Positions 49,402 to 58,882 of a stretch of DNA of 64,000 nt are shown in pieces. Origin of the DNA: Candidatus Poribacteria bacterium (GTDB lineage: Bacteria > Poribacteria > WGA-4E > WGA-3G); the NCBI GenBank assembly GCA_965242965.1, contig OZ251518.1:3872001-3936000 (forward strand), written 5' to 3'. The notes below the pieces were generated by a model. It was not told the origin of the DNA. It worked only from the letters and a program-made list of their open reading frames with translations, and did no database searches. How positions within the stretch are numbered: position 1 is the stretch's first letter; each line of letters opens with the position of its first letter. The translations under genes were made by a program, and so were the position numbers.

Positions 49402-49430
49402 ATTATACCATTTTTTCACGTTTTTGTCAA
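49402..49430 (-). promoter_or_regulatory. Consensus sigma70 promoter with extended -10
   Basis: TTGACA-17-(TGG)TATAAT, followed by GAGGAG and the ATG at 49345. Confidence 0.8.
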
Positions 49431-49442
49431 ATTAAAAATTAT

Positions 49443-50073
49443 GAGCAGGATTTTGAGCAGGATTTTCAAGATTTACACGATTTCACAGGATTAGGTCTGT
49501 GGCTACGGTGAAACGGAAACGGCCTTGCATACCGTAGCGCGGGGGCCTGTCCCCCGCGAGCGTTCACGTGAAAACATCTCTTCAGGTCCTTTAGGTCCTG
49601 CATGTCTATAGTATCCCCGACCTCAAAAAACGCTAAGGTCCTTTAGGTCCTTAATAGTCAGGAGATGCAACGTCGCGAGGAACATTAAGGTCCTAAAGGA
49701 CCTTGAGGGGTATTGCATCGGCGCGCGCTATAGACATTAAGGTCCTACGGACCTTGAAGAGACTGTAGTTCGGGAGCGCCCGCTCCCGAACGGGTCAAGA
49801 GCAGGCGCTCTTGACCTACAGAAGGGATGCGCGCACGCGTGCCCGATGGCATAGCGAGGGACAGGCCCTCGCCCTACGGTAAACGGCACGTTTTTCCCCC
49901 GCGAGCACCCGATCCGCGCGAAAAACGCACGCAGACAAAGGCTGTTTCCTCGATCGAGGCATGGCGAGGGACAGGCCCTCGCCCTACGGTGACGACGCTA
50001 TAATCTTGCTAATCGTGATAATCCTGATCATCCTGCTCCAGATTACACACCTCAAGACCGAAGAACTCTCCTA
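49443..50073. repeat. Composite REP cluster bounded by inverted 9-nt repeat tracts
   Basis: GAGCAGGATTTT... at the left end and ...ATCCTGCTCC at the right end. Confidence 0.85.
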
Positions 50074-51120
50074 CTGCTGCTCAGGGAAGGGAGCGCGGAT
50101 GTCGTAGCGGCCCTCAACGAAGACAGGCAACATGCCGCCTTCCACGAGGAGATTCAGCGGATTCGGGCGCGTTGTCAGCGGGAACGTCACAACATTCTTG
50201 ATTCGCAACGATTCGTAAATCGCCATCAGAATCTCTATCGTGCAGAGCCCGTGCTTGCCGGCGTTGCGATGTTCGTCAATATCGCCTTCAAGCCATGCCA
50301 ACATTTCATCAAACTGATTGGGTTCGCTTTGGCGCGGCTGAATTGTCTGCCAGCCAGCGGCTTTGCTGTTGAGCAATTCAATGGCACCATTGCCGCCGCG
50401 GCGGAGTTGACCATCGTCACCATAGACGACATCGCCGCGGAGTGCAGGTTCCGGCAGGTCGCTTTCGTAAACGCCGCGGATGCCGCCTTCAAAGCAGATT
50501 TCCGCCATGCAAAGGTCTTCGCAACGGACGCGGCGTTCCCACCGGTCGGTGAGACGTGCGACTTGTCCGATGAGCCACAGCGGTTCCGGATCACCGAGGA
50601 TGTAGCGCATCTCGTCGATTTCGTGTGTGCCGCGGTTCAGCAAACCGTGTCCATCGCGGCGGAGCATCGCTTGTGGCTGTCCGATTGCGCCTTCTTGGAT
50701 GAGCCGGCGCGCCTCGCAGTTTTGCGGACTGAACCGCCGCTGATGCCCGACGACCAGTTTCACGTCGTGCTTTTCACAAACGTCCATCATGTCCTGTGCA
50801 TCGCCGACAGAAGCGGCCATCGGTTTCTCGGTAATCACGCCGAGCACGCCACTTTCGGCGGCGGCGATGGTAGGTTCAGCGCGAACGCTCTGCCATGTCG
50901 TGATGCTGACGATGTCCAGGTCTTCCTTGTCGCACATCTCGCGGAAATCCGCGTAGTGCGTCGGGAGTGAGAATTCGTTGGCGAATTTCGCGGCGGATTC
51001 AGGGCTGATATCCGATGCGGTGACGACTTGTGCGCGCCCGGTGCTGGTCCAATTCCGCGCATGCGAGCGTCCCATGCCGCCGCAGCCAATAATGCCGATG
51101 CGATAGGTTTTGTCTGCCAT
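50071..51120 (-). CDS. Gfo/Idh/MocA oxidoreductase
   Basis: IGCGGMG, EKPM, GHQRRF and GTHEID. Confidence 0.92.
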   Translation of the reverse strand: MADKTYRIGIIGCGGMGRSHARNWTSTGRAQVVTASDISPESAAKFANEFSLPTHYADFREMCDKEDLDIVSITTWQSVRAEPTIAAAESGVLGVITEKPMAASVGDAQDMMDVCEKHDVKLVVGHQRRFSPQNCEARRLIQEGAIGQPQAMLRRDGHGLLNRGTHEIDEMRYILGDPEPLWLIGQVARLTDRWERRVRCEDLCMAEICFEGGIRGVYESDLPEPALRGDVVYGDDGQLRRGGNGAIELLNSKAAGWQTIQPRQSEPNQFDEMLAWLEGDIDEHRNAGKHGLCTIEILMAIYESLRIKNVVTFPLTTRPNPLNLLVEGGMLPVFVEGRYDIRAPFPEQQ

Positions 51121-51218
51121 TAGGTATACCTCGTTTTTGAAATGATGCTGCATTTTATCAGAAGTTGTGGTTTAATGCAAGGGAAAAGAGGAAATCGGAG
51201 AGAAAACCTGCACGGATA

Positions 51219-52440
51219 CCGTAGCGCGGGGCCTGTCCTCCGCGATCTCTCGCGTGCCCCAGTGACTGTAGTTCGGGAGCACCTGCTCCCGAACGGGTCA
51301 AGAGCAGGCGCTCTTGCCCTACAGAGGGGAGGCGCGCACGCAGGCCCGATGGCACGGCGAGGGACAGGCCCTCGCCCTACGGAGAGGAGAAACCCTTCCG
51401 GGCCCGTAGCGCGGGGGCCTGTCCCCCGCGATCGTTCGACCCGCGCGAAAAACGCACGCCGACAAAGGCCCTTTCTCGTTTCGACCGATGGCCCGGCGAG
51501 GGACAGGCCCTCGCCCTACGGTGAGGAAAACCGTTCTTGGCCCGTAGCGCGGGGGCCTGTCCCCCGCGATCGTTCACGTGAAAACATCTCTTCAGGTCCT
51601 TTAGGTCCTGCATGTCTATAGAAACCCCGACTCCAAAAAAACACTAAGGTCCTTTAGGTCCTTAATACACAGCAAACGTATCGCGACGAGAAGCATTAAG
51701 GTCCTAAAGGACCTTGAGGGATACTGCATCTGCACGTGCTATAGACATTAAGGTCTTACAGACCTTGAAGAGACTGTAGTTCGGGAGCACCTGCTCCCGA
51801 ACGGGGCAGGATCAGGCGATCCTGAACTACAGACGCGATGCGCGCACGCAGGCCCGATGGCACGGCGAGGGACAGGCCCTCGCCCTACGGTGAAAGGGCG
51901 GCAGCCTTGAAAACCGTAGCGCGGGGGACAGGCCCCCGCGAGCGCACCCATAAAAAAACATCTCTTCAGGTCCTTTAGGTCCTGCATGTCTATAGAAACC
52001 CCGACCGAAAAAAAGCCCTAAGGTCCTTTAGGTCCTTAATAGGTAGAACACGCAACGCAGCAGAAAACATTAAGGACCTAAAGGACCTTGAGGACTTGGC
52101 GGCCTGCGTGTGCTATAGACATTAAGGTCTTACAGACCTTGAAGAGACTGTAGTTCGGGAGCGCCTGATCCTGAACGGCAAGAGCAGGTGCTCTTGCCCT
52201 ACAGAGGATGAGCGCACGCGGGCCCGATAGCACGGCGAGGGACAGGCCCTCGCCCTACGGTGAAAGGGAGACGGCCTCACCTACCGTAGCGCGGGGGCCT
52301 GTCCCCCGCGATCGCCCGATCTGCGCGAAAAACGCACACCAAGGCCGTTTCCTCGACCGAGGCACGGCGAGGGACAGGCCCTCGCCCTACGGTAAGCGGC
52401 ACGTTTTTTCACCGTAGCGCGGGGGCCTGTCCCCCGCGAA
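51219..52440. repeat. 1.2-kb composite REP array with two ~370-bp direct repeats
   Basis: Two AGGTCCT cassettes (51594-51765, 51968-52139) plus REP doublets. Confidence 0.9.
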
Positions 52441-52648
52441 CACACGAGTCACCCCACGAATAGAGGACATGTGTCTTTTTTGACACACCTGCCAAGATGC
52501 AGAAACCCCTTGTCTTCACAGATCTGTAACAAAAACCGAGTTGGCATCGTTTATGCAATAGAGACATACAAACTCACAAATTTTTGGATTTCCCATAACC
52601 ATAGATAGACGTGCCACTTCCAGTGATAGCACGCCAGGAGAATAAAAA

Positions 52649-53929
52649 ATGGAACAATTGATTGTCAACGGTCCCACTCGGCTTGAAGGAACTATCCCGG
52701 TCAGTGGTTGCAAAAACGCGGTGCTCCCCATCGCTGTTGCGGCGGCGATTTTGGGAGACGGTGTCAGCGTGCTTCATAACGTGCCAAATTTGACAGACGT
52801 TGCAACGCTCCGCGCTGTGTTGGAGGGCCTCGGTGCTTCAACGAAATTGAAAGGTTCAACCCTCTATATCCAGCCGGTAAATCATCTGGAATATGAGGCA
52901 CCTTATGAATTGGTGCGGAAGATGCGCGCCTCTATCTACGTCCTAGGGCCCCTCGTCGCGAAACTGGGACGCGCCAAAGTCTCGTTCCCCGGCGGCTGCG
53001 CGATCGGTCCGCGGCCGATCGATTTGCATATCCGCGGGCTAGAACACCTCGGCGCGCAGGTGCAGGTGCAACAAGGTTACATTTACGCGCAGGCACCGCG
53101 GTTAATCGGCACGGAGATGTATCTCACCGGGCAATACGGCCCGAGCGTCGGCGCGACAGCGAACGTGATGATGGCGGCAACGTTGGCGGAGGGGACAACC
53201 GTTATCCGCGGCGCGGCGCGCGAACCGCACATCAGCGATTTGGCGCGGTTTCTCAATGCGATGGGCGCGAACATTGAGGGCATCGGCACACCCGCGCTGA
53301 CAATTCACGGCGTGAAACATCTCCGCGGGACTGAACACACCGTCATCAGCGATGACATTGAAGCCGGCACTTTCATGGCAGCCGCCGCTATCACGAAAGG
53401 CGATGTCTATGTCAAGGGGATTACGCAGGCACAACTGCCCGCCGTTTCAGAGAAACTCACCGAGGCAGGCGTGGCATTGGATTGGGACGACAACGGCGTG
53501 CGCGTCACAACGCCGAGGCCTCTCAACGGCATCGACTTGACGACAAGCCCGTTCCCCGAATTCCCAACGGATATGCAGGCGCAGATAATGGGACTGCTCT
53601 GTCTCGCATCGGGCACTAGCACCATCACCGAGAAGGTTCACACGGACAGGTTTATCCACGCGGCGGAACTGAATCGGATGGGTGCGAACATCACGTTGGA
53701 TGGCCGCCGGGCGGTGATTCACGGCGTGGGACATCTCACCGGTGCCCCAGTGATGGCTTCCGATTTGCGCGCCGGTGCAGTGCTAGTCGCAGCCGGCATG
53801 GCGGCGATGGGCGAAACTGTGGTGTCGCGGGTGTATCACATCGACCGGGGTTATGAATCGCTGGAGAAAAAGTTGAATCGTATCGGCGCGAATATCCTCA
53901 GAGTCAACGACTCTTGGGGAGAAATGTAA
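52649..53929 (+). CDS. murA: UDP-N-acetylglucosamine 1-carboxyvinyltransferase
   Basis: KNA, MRAS, PGGCAIG.RPID, FPTDMQ, DLRAG and HIDRGYE. Confidence 0.97.
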   Translation: MEQLIVNGPTRLEGTIPVSGCKNAVLPIAVAAAILGDGVSVLHNVPNLTDVATLRAVLEGLGASTKLKGSTLYIQPVNHLEYEAPYELVRKMRASIYVLGPLVAKLGRAKVSFPGGCAIGPRPIDLHIRGLEHLGAQVQVQQGYIYAQAPRLIGTEMYLTGQYGPSVGATANVMMAATLAEGTTVIRGAAREPHISDLARFLNAMGANIEGIGTPALTIHGVKHLRGTEHTVISDDIEAGTFMAAAAITKGDVYVKGITQAQLPAVSEKLTEAGVALDWDDNGVRVTTPRPLNGIDLTTSPFPEFPTDMQAQIMGLLCLASGTSTITEKVHTDRFIHAAELNRMGANITLDGRRAVIHGVGHLTGAPVMASDLRAGAVLVAAGMAAMGETVVSRVYHIDRGYESLEKKLNRIGANILRVNDSWGEM

Positions 53930-54014
53930 GCGACGTTGGAAAACGCGAGGGACAGGAAAAGCGGCGAGGGACAGGTTTCCCATTTCCCTTGCCCTACGGT
54001 ATCCGGAGAGAGCC

Positions 54015-55313
54015 ATGTTGCGAATTATTGAAACGCAGACCCCGGCGGCAGACGCTTTCGTCACAACTTTGAAGGCGCGGGGCAAACTAACAGACGAGGG
54101 TATCTTAAAAACGGTGCGGCGCACACTGCGAGAAGTGCAAAGTGAAGGCGATAAAGCCGTCGCACGGTATACCCGTAAACTTGACGCACCGCGCTTCGCG
54201 GCGAAGGAACTCCCGGTCACGCGTGAAGAATTCGGACAAGCGTATTTAGAGGTTACCTCTGACTTTATTGCGGCTATCACGCACGCGCGGACGAACATCG
54301 AAAAGTTCCACCGAAAGCAGCTGCGCACCTCGTGGATGTCCACGGAGGCAGACGGCGTGCTACTCGGACACCTCATCCGGCCGTTAAAACGGGTGGGTAT
54401 CTGTGTCCCATCGGTAAGTCAATTGTTGGTTTCTTCGCTGCTGATGAACGTTGTGCCGGCTACTGTCGCGGGTGTTGAGGAAATCGCGGTTTGTATGGGC
54501 CCGCAACGGAATCGGAAGATTAACCCGCACATGTTGGTGACAGCGGCGGAGTGCGGGGTGCAGGAAGTCTATAAATGCGGCGGCGCGCAGGCAGTCGCCG
54601 CTATGGCTTATGGCACCGAAAGCGTGGCATCTGTTGACAAAATCGTCGGGCCCGGCAATCTTTACGTTCAACTCGCCAAAAAAGAGGTTTATGGGCACGT
54701 CGATATCGATAAACTCGCCGGCCCCAGCGAAATTCTGGTAATCGCCGATAGCACGGCGGACCCGGATTATGTCGCCGCTGATCTGATTTCGCAAGCAGAG
54801 CACAAATCCGATAGCTCGGCTATCCTCGTCACACCCTCACTCGGATTTGCGGAGCAAGTGAAGGCGGCGATAGAAATTCAAGCACCGTCACTGCCGCGTC
54901 ACGGGGAGATTGCGCAGGCGTTTGAAAACTACGGGGCGGCGTTTATTGTAGCGGATTTAGCGGAGGCGATGGCACTCACGAACGTCATTGCGCCGGAACA
55001 CGTCGAATTGCACGTGGAAAATCCGCTGGAGTGGTTCAGTGAGATTCGGAACGCGGGGGCGATTCTCCTCGGTCCGTATACACCGGAATCGGTGGGGGAT
55101 TACATCGCCGGTCCGAGTCATATTCTGCCGACAGGGACAGCGGCGCGCTATGCCTCGCCGCTCAGCGTAGACGATTTCGTCAAGAAGACGAGTCTCATCT
55201 CCTACACGAAGCCCGCGTTAGCAAAGGTGCTACCGGATGTCGTGAAACTTGCGGAAGTGGAGGGGTTGGAAGGACACGCCGCCGCAATGCAAATTCGGTT
55301 TGAAGAGGATTAG
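54015..55313 (+). CDS. hisD: Histidinol dehydrogenase
   Basis: GGAQAVAA, GPGN, AGPSE, SQAEH, APEH and GDYIAGPSHILPT. Confidence 0.93.
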   Translation: MLRIIETQTPAADAFVTTLKARGKLTDEGILKTVRRTLREVQSEGDKAVARYTRKLDAPRFAAKELPVTREEFGQAYLEVTSDFIAAITHARTNIEKFHRKQLRTSWMSTEADGVLLGHLIRPLKRVGICVPSVSQLLVSSLLMNVVPATVAGVEEIAVCMGPQRNRKINPHMLVTAAECGVQEVYKCGGAQAVAAMAYGTESVASVDKIVGPGNLYVQLAKKEVYGHVDIDKLAGPSEILVIADSTADPDYVAADLISQAEHKSDSSAILVTPSLGFAEQVKAAIEIQAPSLPRHGEIAQAFENYGAAFIVADLAEAMALTNVIAPEHVELHVENPLEWFSEIRNAGAILLGPYTPESVGDYIAGPSHILPTGTAARYASPLSVDDFVKKTSLISYTKPALAKVLPDVVKLAEVEGLEGHAAAMQIRFEED

Positions 55314-55774
55314 TCAAGGACAAAGGGTTCGCGTTTAAAACGTGCGCGGATAGCATTGGCAGCGGCTAATACCGCCGGCAGACGAATGAGCCGACGTTCT
55401 AACCGCCGTTTGCCGGGGATATCGCTGATGACAAGCCCCATGAGAATCGTCAAAACGCCTTGTCCCGGCAGCACCAATTGCGCGATGCCGACAATAATCA
55501 GCAGCACGGCGAATAGGTTTTTCAGGACAGCCAGCCCGACGCGTAAAATAGGGTGCTTGATGCGGCTCACCGGTTTTGTGGCAGTGAAATAGTCGCGCGG
55601 GAGGTAAGCGATGACGATTGCGCAGCCAACGAGTGTCCCCACCAAACTGATAGCGGAGAGGATACTGACGATAACCCAATGTGCTTTTACGAAGGCAAAG
55701 AGGGGCACGCTTTGCACTTTGAGCCACTCCCAGGCAAGCGTGCCGTAATTTTTGAGTGTATCCATGAACGCCAA
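55310..55774 (-). CDS. PGPGW-like small membrane protein
   Basis: LP.DYF, KN..AVLL and VLPGQG.LTI. Confidence 0.75.
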   Translation of the reverse strand: MAFMDTLKNYGTLAWEWLKVQSVPLFAFVKAHWVIVSILSAISLVGTLVGCAIVIAYLPRDYFTATKPVSRIKHPILRVGLAVLKNLFAVLLIIVGIAQLVLPGQGVLTILMGLVISDIPGKRRLERRLIRLPAVLAAANAIRARFKREPFVLD

Positions 55775-55786
55775 TAGGTTGTCTCC

Positions 55787-56560
55787 TTATCTCCGCGCCA
55801 CCGCGCCGCCGTCAATTGTCATAATGTCCCCACTGATATAAGCCGCTTCATCGGAGGCGAGGAACAATACCGCGCCGATATAGTCCCAGACCGTGGCACG
55901 GCGTTCAAGCGGCGGTGCATCCGGTGAAACTAGCGGCAATTCGGGCAAAGCATCGTCGTCAGGGAGATTGTGAGCCGCGTTCATCCCTGTCGGCGCGCCG
56001 CCCCCCGGTGCAACCGCATTGACGGTGATGCCATGCGGACGGAGCTCCAACGCAAGGCTGCGAGTTAACCGGTTCACGGCGGCTTTGCTGACGCAATAAC
56101 TGAGCACGCCGACATGCGATTCCTCGGCAAAAATAGAGGAATTGTTAATGATTCTGCCGCGGATGCCCTGCGCTATCATCACTTTCGCCACCGCCTGCGC
56201 GCACAGCAGGCAGCCTTTGACATTCACCGCCATCACCTTGTCAAACTGTTCCGGCGTGAGTTCAAGCAACGGTTGGCGGCCGAGAATGCCCGCGTTGTTG
56301 AATAGAATGTCCACCCGATTAAAATGCGTTAATGTTGTATCAACGGCTTCTTGAACTTGTTCTGGCACGGTGACATCCAACGGCACGGCGATGGCTTTGC
56401 CGCCGTTGGCGTTCACCTCTGTTGCGACAGCATCGGCACTTCTTCCTCCGGCGACAACTACCGCTGCGCCTTCTCGTGCAAATGCGAGGCAGGCTGCCCT
56501 ACCAATGCCGAGCGGGCCGCCGCCCCCTGTTATGAAAGCTACCTTGTTTTTAAAACGCAT
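55787..56560 (-). CDS. Short-chain dehydrogenase/reductase
   Basis: TGGGGPLGIG, NNAG, YCVSK and IDGG. Confidence 0.9.
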   Translation of the reverse strand: MRFKNKVAFITGGGGPLGIGRAACLAFAREGAAVVVAGGRSADAVATEVNANGGKAIAVPLDVTVPEQVQEAVDTTLTHFNRVDILFNNAGILGRQPLLELTPEQFDKVMAVNVKGCLLCAQAVAKVMIAQGIRGRIINNSSIFAEESHVGVLSYCVSKAAVNRLTRSLALELRPHGITVNAVAPGGGAPTGMNAAHNLPDDDALPELPLVSPDAPPLERRATVWDYIGAVLFLASDEAAYISGDIMTIDGGAVARR

Positions 56561-56840
56561 AGTGATGCTCCTTTCTGATCGAGACAACGCGAGGGACAGG
56601 CCCTCGCGCTACGGTGAAAAAAACGCAGAGTGACATTCCTTTCCGGTCGAGAGACCGCGAGGGACAGGCCCTCGCGCTACGAAAAAACGCAGAGTGAGAG
56701 ACCGCGAGGGACAGGCCCTCGCCCTACGGTTTTAAAACACATAGCGATGCGCCTTTTCCCCGTAGGAGAGACCTCCCGGTCTCGATGCAATACCCGGTAG
56801 GAGAGCCCTTCCGGGCTCCTACCAAGGCATCTGGGTCCTT

Positions 56841-57428
56841 TTATGATGGAGACAATTGATACCGCAAAAGTTCTATCAAGTCGTTCATCTCGGCTACCAA
56901 TCGTGCCAAAGGCTCTGGATTTAACTCTATCCACGGTTCACCGGGGTCGAACGCTTCAAAGGCATATCGTCTCATAAACAGTTGAATGTCATCAAAGGTT
57001 GCCATCAATTCGCCGAAACTTCTGTCAGCATCTCGCGAGAACCTTGGGGTTGGAGTTTTATGCTCCAGGCTCGGGGTCTGCCTGACATCATAGAAGTCTG
57101 GTATGAGTCGGTTTTGGACGAACCTCTCAAATGCTGATGTCAACTGAGATTGGATATCCGCATCCAAATCATTATAGAGCGTGACGAGTTGGTGTGTTTT
57201 CCGATAGCCATCCATGCGAAGATAGGATATCGCTTTGAGTTTCAGTTCAAAGGACAATCCGAGATTCGTCATCCAGACAGTGGAATAACTGTAGTTTGAA
57301 TCGCCGGACTGCCCACTAGTCCTTGATTTTCTAGCGATATCTTTCGCCACTTGGAAAAAAGCGTCAGCGTCATCCACCAGTTTATCTAGCTGCTTGTCGG
57401 TGAGTTGAGGACGCATCCAGGGTTCCAT
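56841..57428 (-). CDS. HEPN-like protein
   Basis: SFELKLKAI...KTHQLVTLY...RRYAFE. Confidence 0.6.
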   Translation of the reverse strand: MEPWMRPQLTDKQLDKLVDDADAFFQVAKDIARKSRTSGQSGDSNYSYSTVWMTNLGLSFELKLKAISYLRMDGYRKTHQLVTLYNDLDADIQSQLTSAFERFVQNRLIPDFYDVRQTPSLEHKTPTPRFSRDADRSFGELMATFDDIQLFMRRYAFEAFDPGEPWIELNPEPLARLVAEMNDLIELLRYQLSPS

Positions 57429-57445
57429 AACTGCTGTCTCTCCGC

Positions 57446-57955
57446 TTAGAGTGTAGATGCACGGAATTGCAACAACGAAGCCTTGTTAACGATGTCCACA
57501 ACCTGCACCATTAACGCCTTGCCGTTTGAATCGACGAGGTGCAACTTCTCCTCGAAATCGAAAGGGACAGGTTGTGTGTCAGCATCATTGATGGCGATGT
57601 TGTCAGCGTAGAGATACGTCCGTTTCCCGCTATCAAGAATCGGGCATAATCGTCCCTCAAAGTCGGGCAGGTAGCCGGAACTGAGTGGGAAGATACGTGA
57701 GCCGCCATCGGATAATTCTTGCATCTCAATCTTCAGGACGCTCTCCGCCGGCACCCAGTCTTTTTTAACATGTGCCGCGAAGCCGCGGCATGCCGCGAAG
57801 ACAGTCATCGGTAACTTGGTGGTGTATAACTTGGGACAGGCTTGTCCCCTTTCGTCGCTGAAAACTTGCTTCCAAGTTGTATTTGGAAACAACACCAGCA
57901 AATCCACGTCTCTTACTGGTTTGCCGTTGCTTTCAACAAGGATTTTTGGTTCCAT
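57446..57955 (-). CDS. Hypothetical protein
   Basis: AAGGAG RBS; plausible beta-rich 169-aa ORF. Confidence 0.7.
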   Translation of the reverse strand: MEPKILVESNGKPVRDVDLLVLFPNTTWKQVFSDERGQACPKLYTTKLPMTVFAACRGFAAHVKKDWVPAESVLKIEMQELSDGGSRIFPLSSGYLPDFEGRLCPILDSGKRTYLYADNIAINDADTQPVPFDFEEKLHLVDSNGKALMVQVVDIVNKASLLQFRASTL

Positions 57956-58087
57956 GTGTTGGAAATCTCCTTTTTCTTAAATTATATCACTACTCTACCG
58001 AAATGTCAAATTTCTTTTTTTTTTTGGGACGATTCAGTTGGCCGAAAAACAGGAAAACGGAATTGTTCTGTCAGATCGAATACATCC

Positions 58088-58116
58088 TTGACAAAACCTC
58101 CAAAATGTGGTATACT
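58088..58116 (+). promoter_or_regulatory. Sigma70 promoter
   Basis: TTGACA-17-TATACT. Confidence 0.7.
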
Positions 58117-58186
58117 TATTAAGACTGATACAAATGCAATCATTTGTTTGTGCGGCGCAAGTCTTGTTAAAACCGACACTCAAACC

Positions 58187-58678
58187 ATGAAACATTTCAC
58201 CATTTTTCTACTGCTAGCCTTCTGCCTAGGCAATGCAGTCGCCTTCGCGGAACTCACCGTGGAGGAGTATGAACAGATTCGGACGATTGTTACCACCGCC
58301 AACGAGGCATTGTGGGAGCGGATGAAGGAATACGTTGACTCCAAAATCGAAGTTCTCCGGAAGGAAATTGAAGTTCTCCGGACCGAAATCCGCGAGATGG
58401 ATAAGCGGCAGACTGCCCAGAACAGCGCGCAAACCGAACGTCTCACCGATCACCGGAACTTGCTCATCGTGCTCATCACCAGCGTCATTGGGGCCATGAC
58501 GGTGTTGGTAAGCATCACGCTCTTCTTCACGAAAAAACTGTTGGAAAGCCTTGATACACACCGCACCGAGCTCGCGGCGAAAACCGACGAAGTCCGCGTC
58601 CTTCGTGAAGAGAACGCCGCATTACGCGCTGAAAACGAACGCCTCAAACCCCAAATCGTCCTCGGCGATAAAGGCTAA
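58187..58678 (+). CDS. Coiled-coil membrane protein with signal peptide
   Basis: Signal peptide MKHFTIFLLLAFC..AVA; heptad repeat IEVLRKEIEVLRTEI; one TM helix. Confidence 0.75.
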   Translation: MKHFTIFLLLAFCLGNAVAFAELTVEEYEQIRTIVTTANEALWERMKEYVDSKIEVLRKEIEVLRTEIREMDKRQTAQNSAQTERLTDHRNLLIVLITSVIGAMTVLVSITLFFTKKLLESLDTHRTELAAKTDEVRVLREENAALRAENERLKPQIVLGDKG

Positions 58679-58882
58679 TCCGCGCCCAAGGCAAGACCTC
58701 GTTCTTCAGGTTGCGTGTGAACGGGAAGGAAGGCGAGAGTTACCGTGCTCTCGCCTTCTGCGCTTCGTGAGGCTTAGGCAGTGCCTTGCAACAGACATGG
58801 TTTTGGAATCTCTAAAAAAACCTTGCATTAAAACGCAATTGATTGTATCATAACTCTATCCCGTATCAAGGAGAGGAATGCA

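Noticed and set aside
52985-53025. MurA fosfomycin-resistance variant
   Set aside because: The active-site Cys is retained (PGGCAIG).
54395-54445. HisD lacks the usual PGG..YPS segment (VPSVSQLLVSS)
   Set aside because: Catalytic and metal-binding motifs are intact; probably lineage divergence.
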